Shown piece by piece: positions 31,005 through 41,566 of a DNA stretch of 64,000 bases. How positions within the stretch are numbered: position 1 is the stretch's first letter; each line of letters starts with the position of its first letter. The stretch spans positions 1 through 64,000 of the forward strand of contig CAXXVK010000024.1 of the NCBI GenBank assembly GCA_963676915.2, written 5' to 3'. The position numbers were made by a program, and so were the translations under genes. The notes under the pieces were generated by a model. That model saw only the letters and a program-made list of their open reading frames with translations. It did no database searches and was not told where the DNA came from. The DNA is from Myxococcota bacterium. GTDB taxonomy: Bacteria > Myxococcota_A > SURF-8 > G963663525.

Positions 31005-31553
31005 ATGTACGGGTTCCGCAAACGACACCTGACTTCACCTCGACAGTTTTTTGAACTGTTGGGACATGTTATCGCCAAAAACTCACGAGTGGCCTTCGCT
31101 GGGCGGAACGGAAAAATTTCCAAAGCCTTTGCCGAGCGGATCAATGTTGCAGTATCAGGCGTCAGCGAATGCGCCTACTGTTCACACCTACACGTCCAGT
31201 GGGCTTTAAAAAATGGCGTATCGGACGAAGAGATCCGCAGCATCCTCAGTGGTGATGTAAAACTCAGCCCTGCAGAGGAGATACCTATCCTAGCCTATGC
31301 AATACACTGGGCAGAGTCTAACGGACAACCGTTAGACGAGGTTCGAAATCGTGCCGTAGAGAGTGTAGGTCGAGCCAAATTATGTCGAGCCGAAGCCGTG
31401 ATGGCTACAGTCTACATGGGTAATATGTGCTCGAATGCGATCGAGGCCCGTCAAACCGGTTCGCTACCCAATGATGTCAACTCCACTCTTGCTTTCGCTT
31501 TGGCTTGGCCGGTTGCAACGTTCGTCAGGATTTTGGGTCGCTACTCCGACTAG
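31005..31553 (+). CDS. AhpD/carboxymuconolactone decarboxylase family protein
   Basis: ERINVAVSGVSECAYCSHLH (CxxCxxxH), GVSDEEI. Confidence 0.88.
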   Translation: MYGFRKRHLTSPRQFFELLGHVIAKNSRVAFAGRNGKISKAFAERINVAVSGVSECAYCSHLHVQWALKNGVSDEEIRSILSGDVKLSPAEEIPILAYAIHWAESNGQPLDEVRNRAVESVGRAKLCRAEAVMATVYMGNMCSNAIEARQTGSLPNDVNSTLAFALAWPVATFVRILGRYSD

Positions 31554-31847
31554 TGATCAAAAAGCATTTTCACGAGTTTCATTGAATTCGTTTTGGGTGA
31601 AAAACGAGTTCTCCAACCCATACTTTTCCACTAAAAAATCGGCAGAAGACACACCTACTTTACGTTGACCTATCTACGGCACATAGACTTTCCTTGAAGG
31701 GATTTTGTGCCGGAAATCCAGCACATTGTGACGGATTTCAGCCTGCGATCTGCGATTTTTCGGCGAATTGCAGATCGCGATCTGCGAGCGTTCGAAACGC
31801 TTCGACGGCAGGTTTTTCCACCCCGAATCAATGCCCGATTTCGTCTT

Positions 31848-33036
31848 CTATCCCAACAGCGCTTTTTCCAGTTTGTCCATACCTTGTTCGATGTCATCCA
31901 TCGAACAGGCGAAGGAAAACCGCAAGTAGCCCGGCATTCCGAAACCGGTTCCAGGCACCGAAGCCACTCCGGCGGCGTCGAGCAGAAAAGCTGCCAAGTC
32001 CACGTCCATTCTTGACGTTTTGGCTATCTCTGAAGCGATCCACCCAGGTCTGCATATTCGCGAAGAGGTAGAACGCCCCTTCCGGCAAACGGCAGGTAAC
32101 GCCGTCGAGGGCATCGAGCCTGGCGTGCATCCGATCCCGACGCTGGGTATATTGCTGCAACCAGTCGTCGAAGAAGTCCTGCGGACCTTCCAACGCGGCC
32201 AAGGTCGCGTGCTGGGCGATGCTCGTGGGATTGGACAACATCTGCCCTTGCAACTTGGCCATCGCCTTGATCCAGTCCTGCGGACCCAAGCCCCAACCGA
32301 TACGCCAACCCGTCATGGCATAGGATTTCGACACCCCGTTGACCACCATGCAGCGTTCGAGGAGATCGGGCGCAACATCCACCGGCGAGGGACATTCCCG
32401 CCCGTCATACACGAGACGGTCGTAAATTTCGTCACTGATTACATGGACTTGCGGATGTTTCCGCAACACGTCCATCAGTGCGGCCAACTCGTCCCGGTTC
32501 ATCACTTTACCGGAAGGATTCGAGGGGCTGTTGAGGATCAGCAGCTTGGTTTTTTCGGTGATCCGTTCTTCCAACGCTTTCGGGTCGATGCCAAAATCTT
32601 CGTTGCAAGGCACAAACACCGGCACGGCGCGATTCAAGCGCACCTGCTCGGGATAACTCACCCAGTACGGAAGCGGAATCAACACCTCGTCGCCGGGGTC
32701 CAGAAGCGCTTGCATGGCAAGGAACAGCACCATCTTGGCTCCACCCGAAACCAACACCTGCCCCGGTTCGTACGACCATCCACGACGGCGCTTGGCTTCC
32801 TGAACGATAGCCTCGCGCAAGTCAGGAATACCCACCGTCGCCGTGTACTTGGAATGTCCGGCCGCAAAAGCTTCGAACGCAGCTTTCCCGATAAATTCCG
32901 GGGGGTTGAAGTCCGGCTCTCCGGCTGCGAAGGCATAGACTTTTTTCCCGGCGGCACGAAGAGAACGGGCTTTGTCGGTCACGGCGAGCGTCACCGAGGG
33001 CTGGATCTCATTCAACAACAGGCTGGTTTGAGTCAT
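31848..33036 (-). CDS. aspC: PLP-dependent class I aminotransferase (aspartate aminotransferase-like), apparent +1 frameshift near 32006
   Basis: AGEPDF, NSPSNPSG, SDEIY, SKSYAMTGWRIG; the family C-terminus (VASVPGTGFG.PGYLRFSFA) lies in the other frame, ending at 31848. Confidence 0.88.
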
Positions 33037-33151
33037 GATATTCCTCGAATGGATATCGGGGCGGACGTGCTCGACGAATCACACCCCTACGGAAAACATG
33101 CTTTGATATGAAAAATTCGCGTTCATGGAAAAACGCGCAACCCATAGCAAT

Positions 33152-33655
33152 CTAAGGATTTTTTCGCCCGAACTTCCGGCGCAGTTCGCGTTTGACATTC
33201 TTCGGCACCAGCCCATCGACACAGCCGCCCAGAGAAGCCACTTCCTTGACCGTTTGCGAGCTGATGTAAAACTGCCCTTCCGCCGTCATCATGAACATCG
33301 TCTCGACTTTGGGGCTGAGCTTGCGGTTCATGCTGGCCATCTGGAATTCGTACTCGAAATCACTTACGGCGCGAAGTCCGCGAACAAGAGCGTCAGCCTG
33401 ACACTTCATCGCGTAATCAACGATAAGTCCGCTGAAATATTCGACTTTGATTCGCTCGCTTCCATCGATTTCCTGCTCGATGGCTTCGCGAATCATCGAG
33501 ACACGCTCTTCGGGACTGAACAGCGCTTGCTTTTTGGCGTTGATGGCCACCGCGATGTAGAGCGAATCGAAAATCTTCAAACTGCGTTCGATGATGTTCA
33601 GGTGGCCATTGGTGATCGGATCGAAACTTCCAGGATAAATCGCCAGTTTTGCCAT
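33152..33655 (-). CDS. coaD: Phosphopantetheine adenylyltransferase
   Basis: AIYPGSFDPITNGH, RGLRAVSDFEYE, ISSQTVKE. Confidence 0.97.
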   Translation of the reverse strand: MAKLAIYPGSFDPITNGHLNIIERSLKIFDSLYIAVAINAKKQALFSPEERVSMIREAIEQEIDGSERIKVEYFSGLIVDYAMKCQADALVRGLRAVSDFEYEFQMASMNRKLSPKVETMFMMTAEGQFYISSQTVKEVASLGGCVDGLVPKNVKRELRRKFGRKNP

Positions 33656-33672
33656 GGTCCTTTTGTTTCCGT

Positions 33673-34224
33673 TCAGCAACCGCGAGAAAGAATGCGAATG
33701 CTTGTGGTTCCGTACCTTCGTTCGGTGATGATTTCCCACGCCTCGGGAACTTTTAGTTTGGCTACGGACGATGACTCGGCCACCACCCGTCCCCGTGGTG
33801 CGAGTACGTCGGAGAGCAAACCAGGTTCCAACACCTCTGCAAGATAATTGGTTTTGTAAGGAGGATCAAGAAAAACCAAATCAAATCGAACCGATTCCTT
33901 TTTCAATCGGTTCAAAGCCCGAAGCGCAGGCATATTCGTTAGAGTCCAACCGTTTTCGATAGATAAGGTTTCAAGATTACTCCGCAATATTCGAGAGGTC
34001 GCCGAAGAGGATTCGACGAAATGCACGTTCGACGCTCCACGACTCAAGGCTTCGATCCCCAACCCGCCGGACCCGGCGAACAAGTCGAGCACCGACAGGT
34101 CGTCCAACGGTCCCAAAATGTTGAAAACCGCCTCTTTCACCCGGTCCGTCGTCGGGCGCACGCTCTCCCCGTTCGGCACCTGAAGCCTGCGTCCCCTGTA
34201 CTGTCCGGCAATAACCCGAGTCAT
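33673..34224 (-). CDS. rsmD: 16S rRNA m2G966 methyltransferase
   Basis: RVIAG, RPTTDRVKEAVFN, LDLFAGSG, EALSRGA, FLDPPY. Confidence 0.96.
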   Translation of the reverse strand: MTRVIAGQYRGRRLQVPNGESVRPTTDRVKEAVFNILGPLDDLSVLDLFAGSGGLGIEALSRGASNVHFVESSSATSRILRSNLETLSIENGWTLTNMPALRALNRLKKESVRFDLVFLDPPYKTNYLAEVLEPGLLSDVLAPRGRVVAESSSVAKLKVPEAWEIITERRYGTTSIRILSRGC

Positions 34225-34697
34225 GAGAAATCCTTAACAAAAACAGCCTGATTCGACCTATCACGTCCCACGGAAAGGGTCAAGAAGTACAGGGAAATCC
34301 TTTGGAAAATTCACGGAATGCCGAGCTTCACAGGTCGGATGTACACCGTAGGTTGGATAAAAATCATCGAACCTACGGTTTCTATTACGAATTCCCTACC
34401 GTTAAGGTTTTGTTAAATTTGATGGAGCAACCTGACCTCCAATAGAAAATAGTTGCACCATGATTGCCAAATGATGTAAAAATAAATGTAGACACATCCG
34501 GGGGTGAAAATTCGTTTTTCGCACCATCAAATTGTTCCTCGTTTTAGCAGAATCGTTGTTCTTATCCGCAAAGGGTAACGTCTCGGTGAGTGCGAACGGG
34601 CCGACAGGTTCCGAGCAAGCCGTATCCCTTCGCTTGAATCCCAAAAACCTGTATGCCCACTTTTCACGTTTCGATCCGTAGCTTTCGAGGTAGTACC

Positions 34698-36650
34698 GTG
34701 AAAAAAAGGAAGCCGTCCCCATCGAACCACCATCGTCGTGCGCAAACTTCAAGCGCACACGGTTCGTCTTCCAGCGAAAAAAAACAGCAGGAGAAACACC
34801 TCACAACGTTCTTCAATACAATGAAATATTTCCTGATTTTTTTATCCACTCTTTCGATTGGCTTTTATTTTTACAAAAGAAACACCGCAGAGGTGGAACT
34901 GGCACCAACGAACCAACCTCCTCAAGTCCTGATGGAAACCAAGCTGCCGAAAATTCCACCAACCAATCAGCCGAAACCCCAAAAAAACATCTCGACAGCC
35001 TCGGTCCAACAACCTCCCCGGAACGGAGTTCCCGTTTCCACGTCCTCGGAGACAACATTACCACTGGTGGATAAAGTATCCCCACCGACCGTATCACCTA
35101 CGAACCAAGCGCCCGCTCCGAAACAGGTTTTCGATGTCGTAGCCAAACGTATAGACCGTCCAGGACATAACTCGTCCAGTTTCTTCAGCAACAAACAATC
35201 GCGAGTACGACCTGTCGCGCAGGCCTCTCCCTCAAGAACCAACGCTCAAAGGCGGACGATGCTCAGCGATCAGGAAATCCGCCGTCTTCCGGAAGAACAT
35301 GGTTCTCCACCAAAGCCCAACTTGAAAGAAAAAGCCATTTCCTACGATCTTTCACTGCCTGCGGCATCCTATGAATGGCCGTGCATCCATTCGGAAAACT
35401 GTCCGGGAACCGCACTTTGCGACTTCGCAACCGGCAACTGTGAACCGAGGATCTGGCAGAAAAGACCTGAAATTAACGATGACGCTCCCGAAAAACCGCA
35501 AATCAGCCTGGTAAAACCTCTGAGAGTGTCTCCCGGAGACTTTTTGCTAGTCGATGGCAACTCGGTCTACAAAAATGCACTCGATAAACAGTTGGTCTGG
35601 AAACGGGGAAAATGGGTTGTCCTCGACCAAATGATCATTCTTTCTCGCATTTTCATCGGCGATACGCCGATTCCCGAAGAAAACATCATCAATGCCGACG
35701 AAAACCGGCTCGCCATTAAAGTCGGTCCCGGAATGTCAGGTACGGTAAAAATCGTGGATGACGAACTCAACCTGACTGCGGAATATCCACATCCGGTCGA
35801 GCTTGTGTCCCGAAAACGTGTCGTTCAAAAATGCGCAGCGGATAACCCACCAGCCAGAGGAATCCCCGGAGCATCTCCCGACCTGCCCGGTCCTTTTGCG
35901 GCAGGATTCGTGGACGTTCACTCTCCCGATCCCTACACCCGCGTCTATTATCCGGCATCATGCGGCGGTATGCGCACCCCTCCCGTTTCGGGAGCATTTC
36001 CCGTGGTTTTCTTCCTCCACGGGAACGGGGCCAATCACATCAATTATGAATACCTGGCACACTTCCTGGCCAGTTGGGGTTTTCTTTGCGTCGTTCCGCA
36101 GGAAATCGATCCGGGAATTTTGCATCAGGTGCTAATGACCGCACTACGTGCTCCACAGAATTTCTGGTCTCCATTGCGAGGACATTCAGCGGGTGGCAAG
36201 GCTTTTGTCATTGCGCATTCGCGAGGCGGCGAACGCATGGAAAATCTGATTGTCGGCCCTTCCGCTTCCCGCTTCCTCGCCATCGTTAACCTGGCTCCGT
36301 ACCGTCCACTTAAAGTCTTGTCGATACCCAGTATGTATTTTGCCTCCAGCGGAGACCGGCAAGCGTTTTCGGATAGTCTCTACATCCAGTGGTCCAAACA
36401 GCCTTCTCCCACGTATTTTCTCTTTCTCCACGGCGGAAATCACAGTCAGTTCACCGATACACGACATTGGGAAAAATACGAAGACCAGGACGCGATCCCC
36501 TTCATGCCAAGAAAGCGCCAACATAGCCTCGTACAAGCCTATACCCTTGCCTTTTTCAACAGCCTCTTACCCGAGCCGGGTTCGCGCCCCTACGTTGAGC
36601 TTCTCGATGGAATGAACATGCCCAACGACATCATTCTGGAAAGTCGATAA
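34698..36650 (+). CDS. Membrane-anchored multidomain alpha/beta hydrolase (chlorophyllase/PETase-like fold)
   Basis: N-terminal TM, Pro-rich linker, FPVVFFLHG, nucleophile AHSRGG, SGDR, GGNHSQF; GTG start inferred. Confidence 0.75.
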   Translation: MKKRKPSPSNHHRRAQTSSAHGSSSSEKKQQEKHLTTFFNTMKYFLIFLSTLSIGFYFYKRNTAEVELAPTNQPPQVLMETKLPKIPPTNQPKPQKNISTASVQQPPRNGVPVSTSSETTLPLVDKVSPPTVSPTNQAPAPKQVFDVVAKRIDRPGHNSSSFFSNKQSRVRPVAQASPSRTNAQRRTMLSDQEIRRLPEEHGSPPKPNLKEKAISYDLSLPAASYEWPCIHSENCPGTALCDFATGNCEPRIWQKRPEINDDAPEKPQISLVKPLRVSPGDFLLVDGNSVYKNALDKQLVWKRGKWVVLDQMIILSRIFIGDTPIPEENIINADENRLAIKVGPGMSGTVKIVDDELNLTAEYPHPVELVSRKRVVQKCAADNPPARGIPGASPDLPGPFAAGFVDVHSPDPYTRVYYPASCGGMRTPPVSGAFPVVFFLHGNGANHINYEYLAHFLASWGFLCVVPQEIDPGILHQVLMTALRAPQNFWSPLRGHSAGGKAFVIAHSRGGERMENLIVGPSASRFLAIVNLAPYRPLKVLSIPSMYFASSGDRQAFSDSLYIQWSKQPSPTYFLFLHGGNHSQFTDTRHWEKYEDQDAIPFMPRKRQHSLVQAYTLAFFNSLLPEPGSRPYVELLDGMNMPNDIILESR

Positions 36651-36659
36651 CACTCCGAA

Positions 36660-36696
36660 AACACAAAAAGCCGTGAAATTCACGGCTTTTTGTGTT
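36660..36696. terminator. Bidirectional intrinsic terminator between convergent genes
   Basis: AACACAAAAAGCCGTG-AAATT-CACGGCTTTTTGTGTT. Confidence 0.85.
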
Positions 36697-36714
36697 GTTT
36701 TCTATTGGGTCGGA

Positions 36715-38160
36715 TCAGTCGAGATCCAAAGACACTTCATCGTGGAAGCGTCCGAGATGTTCGCCCAATTTCTGGCTGAGGAAGGACAGCACGTTCAGTT
36801 CTTCCTGCGCCCAGTAATTGTTGCCTTTTTTGTTGATCAGTTCCAACGCGCCGAGGGTCCGTTCACCATACGTGAGTGGGATACAGAGCAATGAACGAGT
36901 CTGGAAGCCCGTTTTCTCGTCGGCGGTCCGGTAGAAGTTGGAATTGCTCGCTACGTCGGAAACGGCAACCGGCACGCCCAACTGCACGCTCATGCCAACG
37001 ATACCTTTTCCACGCGGAATACGAATCTGCTTGATTTCTTCAGAAACCGGACCATTGGCGGCGGCAAAGTAGAGGTCGGCCAGCGCGCTGTTGACATCCG
37101 ACAGGATCACTGAAGCGGCTTCGGCTTCCACAACTTTTCCCGCCAGTTTCAAAATGAAGTGAACGGCTTCGTCTTCGTCCATGTCGTAGATGTCCATCGT
37201 TTCCATGAACATGTCCGACAGCATGGAATCGACGCTCCAGGTCACCGAGGCATGAGGTTCTTCCTCTTCCTCGATCGGAACTTCATCCGTGTACATCACT
37301 TCGAGTTCTTCGGCGACGCCCTCAGCGTTTTCTTCGGCCTGGGTACGCAACTGTTTTTCACGCCGTTGTTTTTCGGCAAGTTCCTTTTCGGCCTTGGCAC
37401 GCTCCATCGCGGCCTGAGCGGCTTTTTGCCGGGCGGCGATTTCTTCTTTCGTGGCCTTTGGCGTGGGAGCCTTGGCTTCCGGTTCGGGAGCAGGAGCTTT
37501 GGCCACAGGTTTGACGGCAGCCGGTTTTTCCAGAACGGCACTTTCACGCACGGCCTGGGACATCACCTCCTCGGCGGCTCTGGCAGCGGCGAGTTTGGCG
37601 GCCTGCATGATCTGTTCCTGATTGAGACCACGCTTCTTGGCGATGACGGCGGCATGCTTGGCAGCTTCCTGAGCGGCGTTGTTGGCTTTCTGCTGCAAAT
37701 CGCCCGTGGCTTGTTCCGCCACTTGCTGCGTGGCCGGATCGACGGCCTTGAAGGTCGTCCCGCTCTGACGGCGAACCGCTTCTTCAGCGGCCTGCTGCTC
37801 GGCGATACGAGCGTTCAGTTCTTTTTGTGCTTGTTGACGCTGCTTGGCGGCAAGTTCGGCTTGGGCGCGGATTTCTTCCTGCTGGCGCGCCATTTCCTCT
37901 TGTTTTTTGGGATCGACGGCCTGAGCTTCACCCTCGATTTCACGAATCCGGAACATCCGACGAGCGGTGGGATCTTTGACCAGCACGGTGCCATCCGGAC
38001 GGTTTTCACACAAAACCTGGTTGAAGTTGTCACCCTGTTCCCCTGCCTGACGCAGGCCGGTGCGCAGTGCGAGCAACCAACTGGAGGCATTGACCTTGAC
38101 CAGCTTGGCTTTATTGTCGGTTCCCGGTTTTCCAGGAATGAAAACTTCGAACAAAGGCAT
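36715..38160 (-). CDS. GAF domain protein with long Ala/Gln/Glu coiled coil
   Basis: C-terminal EAASVIL...GKGIVG...DVAS..NFY..AD.KTGFQTRSLLCIPL...GALELINK; AGGAGG RBS. Confidence 0.85.
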   Translation of the reverse strand: MPLFEVFIPGKPGTDNKAKLVKVNASSWLLALRTGLRQAGEQGDNFNQVLCENRPDGTVLVKDPTARRMFRIREIEGEAQAVDPKKQEEMARQQEEIRAQAELAAKQRQQAQKELNARIAEQQAAEEAVRRQSGTTFKAVDPATQQVAEQATGDLQQKANNAAQEAAKHAAVIAKKRGLNQEQIMQAAKLAAARAAEEVMSQAVRESAVLEKPAAVKPVAKAPAPEPEAKAPTPKATKEEIAARQKAAQAAMERAKAEKELAEKQRREKQLRTQAEENAEGVAEELEVMYTDEVPIEEEEEPHASVTWSVDSMLSDMFMETMDIYDMDEDEAVHFILKLAGKVVEAEAASVILSDVNSALADLYFAAANGPVSEEIKQIRIPRGKGIVGMSVQLGVPVAVSDVASNSNFYRTADEKTGFQTRSLLCIPLTYGERTLGALELINKKGNNYWAQEELNVLSFLSQKLGEHLGRFHDEVSLDLD

Positions 38161-38322
38161 GGTTTCCTCCTAAACAAGGATAGGCATCGGAAATGAAACA
38201 TGTTTCTTGAAGTTGTATCAAAAAGGGGCTAGTGAAGTCAACACAATGGCGATTTGTCTATCAAATCCATGTATGAAACCAAGTGGGATGAATCGTTTTC
38301 TTTCAGACCTGAAAACGGAGTT

Positions 38323-39588
38323 TTAAAAATAAACTCTCGTGAGAAACGAGACACTCGCCGGATAGCTGCCGTATTCGGAACCCAGTTCGGGAAGGCTTTG
38401 CTGTCCCAGAATGGGGTACCCGAGGTACATTTTTTTCATTTCGGCGCGTCGTCCCAAGGGTATGGCTCCTGTGACGATGACATCCACCTCATCGGCGGCA
38501 TTGTAGGTCAACGCCGGGGATACGTAGGCGCTCGGGTCGGTCAGGTTGGCTAGAATCGCGGCTTGCAGCGTCAGAACGGGCAGAGCTTCTCCGCTCAGTA
38601 AAATCCCCAGATAATGTTGCCCAAGGTAAGGATCGCTGGAGGCGTCCATGGTCTGGATGACCTGTAAGTAACGGGAATTATTGGTTTCTCCGTTGCCGTG
38701 GTAATAGTATTCCACCATCAGGTGCAAGGTGTTTTCCCACCGATGATCGAAGCCCCCGGCTACCTGTACATAGATGTCTTCATCCGTTTCGGGAAACGAA
38801 ACGTTGCCCTCCATTCTAAGGCCAAGTTTCCACAATTCGCCCGAGATCGCCGCTCCGGCAAGGTATCGTTTTTGACACTTGCCGCCCAGCAGTGACCAGT
38901 CGAACTCCTGCCAGTTGGTGCTTGCCCGTGCAAGCGCCGCGCTTTCCTTCCAATCGGGTCGGTTATCCGAGTCGTAGCCCATTGCGGAAAGAACAGTGAT
39001 TTTAGAGAGTTGTCCGATGCGTCCATCCAGGCGGACGGCATCCACACCGGGTCGAAAGGCCGTATCCATCTCACCGGCAGAGAAGGGGTGAAAGACATCG
39101 TTGGGTGTGAAAATGAAGTTGGTTCCCAAGCCGATCGGCTGGCGACCAAGGGTCAGATCCACCGGCCCTATGTACGCCATCATCGAGAGGCGATCCACCG
39201 CTAACGGAGCCGACACGTCGCGACTGCCCCAGTTGTAGTCTATATAAGTAGTTCGATAATCTCTCGGCGTGCTGCTGGAAAACATCGCCGAACGAGAGCT
39301 TTGCGTGCGAAAGTTCTGGTAAACGTTGAGATCGAAGCGCAGGTGCTCTCCTGCCATAGCTTCGGCCAGCCATCGCAACGACGTTCCACCCTGTCCGTGG
39401 GTTTTGTCGGGAAACAGAAGGTCCGGTCCCTGATAGCGCGAGTACATGCCCGACAGATCCACCGCACCTCGCATGACGAGGTATCCGTTGTCTCCTTCGA
39501 TTTCGGAAAAAGACCACAGTGAAGCGACGGGCCAAAGCCACATCACGAACAGAAACCCGAGGACTTGAGACCGGACGGAACATTGCAT
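38323..39588 (-). CDS. Predicted outer-membrane beta-barrel protein
   Basis: Signal peptide, LGRQPIGLG..F.P.D.F.P...RPGVDA motif, terminal aromatic VYF; last gene of the ABC operon. Confidence 0.7.
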   Translation of the reverse strand: MQCSVRSQVLGFLFVMWLWPVASLWSFSEIEGDNGYLVMRGAVDLSGMYSRYQGPDLLFPDKTHGQGGTSLRWLAEAMAGEHLRFDLNVYQNFRTQSSRSAMFSSSTPRDYRTTYIDYNWGSRDVSAPLAVDRLSMMAYIGPVDLTLGRQPIGLGTNFIFTPNDVFHPFSAGEMDTAFRPGVDAVRLDGRIGQLSKITVLSAMGYDSDNRPDWKESAALARASTNWQEFDWSLLGGKCQKRYLAGAAISGELWKLGLRMEGNVSFPETDEDIYVQVAGGFDHRWENTLHLMVEYYYHGNGETNNSRYLQVIQTMDASSDPYLGQHYLGILLSGEALPVLTLQAAILANLTDPSAYVSPALTYNAADEVDVIVTGAIPLGRRAEMKKMYLGYPILGQQSLPELGSEYGSYPASVSFLTRVYF

Positions 39589-39590
39589 GA

Positions 39591-40289
39591 TCAGACCTCG
39601 CTTTTGACTTCGTCCTCTACCACAACGCCGTCTCTTAAGGTAATTACCCGCTTGGCGCGTTCCATCACGCGGGGGTCGTGTGTGGAAAACAGGAAGGTGA
39701 CGCCGCGTTCCTCGTTGAGACGCTGCATGAGCGTCAACAGCGCATCGGCGGTTTTCGAATCGACGTTCGCCGTCGGTTCGTCCGCGAGGATCAGCGCCGG
39801 TTCCGAAACGACGGCCCGCGCAATGGCGACGCGCTGCTGCTGTCCGCCGGAAAGCTGGTTGGGGCGACGGTCGAGCTTGTCTCCGATGCCGACTTCTTCG
39901 AGAATCGCCTCTACCTTGCGGCGGCGTTCCTCTGGCGGAACGCCCTGAAGCATCAACACGAACTCGGCGTTCTCGTAAGCGGTCAGAACCGGAATCAGGT
40001 TGTACGCCTGGAAAATGAAACCGATATGTTCCAGACGAATGCGACTTTGCTCGGTTTTGCTCAACTCCGCCAGATTTTGGCCATTGACTTTGACGCTCCC
40101 TTCGGAGGGAACGTCCAGTGCGCCGATCATGTTGAGCGCTGTGGTTTTTCCTGAGCCGGACGGTCCGCTGATGGCGGTGAATTCACCTTTGCCGATCGTC
40201 AAATTCAAGCCTCTGAGAGCGTGAACGTCGATTCCGCCCTGGGGATAGATTTTCTCGACATTTTCCATTTCTACGATGGGGTGGTCCAT
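39591..40289 (-). CDS. ABC transporter ATP-binding protein (LolD/MacB-like)
   Basis: GPSGSGKT, IGFIFQAYNL, LSGGQQQR, LADEPTAN. Confidence 0.95.
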   Translation of the reverse strand: MDHPIVEMENVEKIYPQGGIDVHALRGLNLTIGKGEFTAISGPSGSGKTTALNMIGALDVPSEGSVKVNGQNLAELSKTEQSRIRLEHIGFIFQAYNLIPVLTAYENAEFVLMLQGVPPEERRRKVEAILEEVGIGDKLDRRPNQLSGGQQQRVAIARAVVSEPALILADEPTANVDSKTADALLTLMQRLNEERGVTFLFSTHDPRVMERAKRVITLRDGVVVEDEVKSEV

Positions 40290-40317
40290 GTCTTCCTCCT
40301 GATTTCCTTATGTTTTC

Positions 40318-41550
40318 CTATATCGTTTGAATCGCTTTGAGGGCACGGGTCTTCGTGGCGATGTACGCCGGGTATAGTCCCGCCAGCATGATCAGCACGA
40401 ACACGCCGCCTAGAATGATGATCAGGTGTTCCGGGTACATCATGGCTCGAATCACGGGATCCCAGACGATGTTACCCATGGTGAAATCTTCTTTCATGTA
40501 GGCGGTCAGGTCGAACCCTGTGGTGTGCAGGTAGCCGTACACGGGCATTGAAACGGCCAGTCCGAGAATCAGCCCCAGAATCGCAAGCATCAGTGTTTCC
40601 GCCATGACCAGCAAGCCCAGTCTTCGAGGACTGATGCCGATGGCCAGCATGATGCCGAACTCCCGAAAACGCTCCAGAACGCTCATTAAAACGGTGTTGA
40701 GAATTCCCGCACCGATCAAAATGAAAATAATGATCTGCATGACATAGTTGGAACTTCGGTCCATGGCGATCGAACCCGCAAGATCGGGCATGGTCTGGTA
40801 CCATGCAGAAGCGGTGCCCTTCTGATATTTCGCTTTTTCGGAGAAAAATGCCGCCAGGTCGGTAGAGTTCCGTTGATCGTCGATTTGTACGGCTACCTGT
40901 GTGGCTTCCCGTTCTTCGTATCCGAGAAGTTTACGTACCCAATCGATGGGGACGACGACCATGGAGCGGTCCACGATGGGAACCGAGGTTTTGAAAATTC
41001 CGCGAACCCTCAGCAGACCGGAAACCACTTCGCCGTTTTTGTCCGTGGCGGTGAACACGATTTTCGACTTGAGGCGCACATCGAGTTGATCGGCCATTTT
41101 GCGTCCGATCAGCACGCCTTTTTCCGTCGTGTTTTCAAGCGGTTTTCCTTCAACGAGATGATCGAGCAAAAACAGGTCGCCGGTTTCGTTCGCCGGATCG
41201 ATACCGAAAAACGACGCACCCACGGTTTCGCTGGCGGTTGCCGCCATCGCTTGCCCGACAACGCGGATTTTCACCTTTTTGACGCCTTCGGTTTTCGTTG
41301 CAAGATCGGCGAGGGTTTGGGCGTCGGGCAGGGTCTTTTTTAGAGACGGAGCATCCCGGTAGCCTTCGGGTTCGATGGTTACGTGGCCGCCGTTCATTTT
41401 CGCAGCGGTATTGATGCCGCCCACGTAGCTGCCTTCGGCAAAGGTCGTGAAAGTAATGGAGAGCAGCAGACCGAAAGCAATGGAGATCAGCGTAATGATC
41501 GACCGCCTGCGGTTGCGCCAGAGGTTGCGCCAGGCCATTTTCCAGATCAT
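40318..41550 (-). CDS. FtsX/LolE-like ABC permease
   Basis: AWRNLWRNRRRS, GILNTVLMSVLERFREFG, LYPA. Confidence 0.93.
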   Translation of the reverse strand: MIWKMAWRNLWRNRRRSIITLISIAFGLLLSITFTTFAEGSYVGGINTAAKMNGGHVTIEPEGYRDAPSLKKTLPDAQTLADLATKTEGVKKVKIRVVGQAMAATASETVGASFFGIDPANETGDLFLLDHLVEGKPLENTTEKGVLIGRKMADQLDVRLKSKIVFTATDKNGEVVSGLLRVRGIFKTSVPIVDRSMVVVPIDWVRKLLGYEEREATQVAVQIDDQRNSTDLAAFFSEKAKYQKGTASAWYQTMPDLAGSIAMDRSSNYVMQIIIFILIGAGILNTVLMSVLERFREFGIMLAIGISPRRLGLLVMAETLMLAILGLILGLAVSMPVYGYLHTTGFDLTAYMKEDFTMGNIVWDPVIRAMMYPEHLIIILGGVFVLIMLAGLYPAYIATKTRALKAIQTI

Positions 41551-41566
41551 GAGACGTTCTCCTTGG

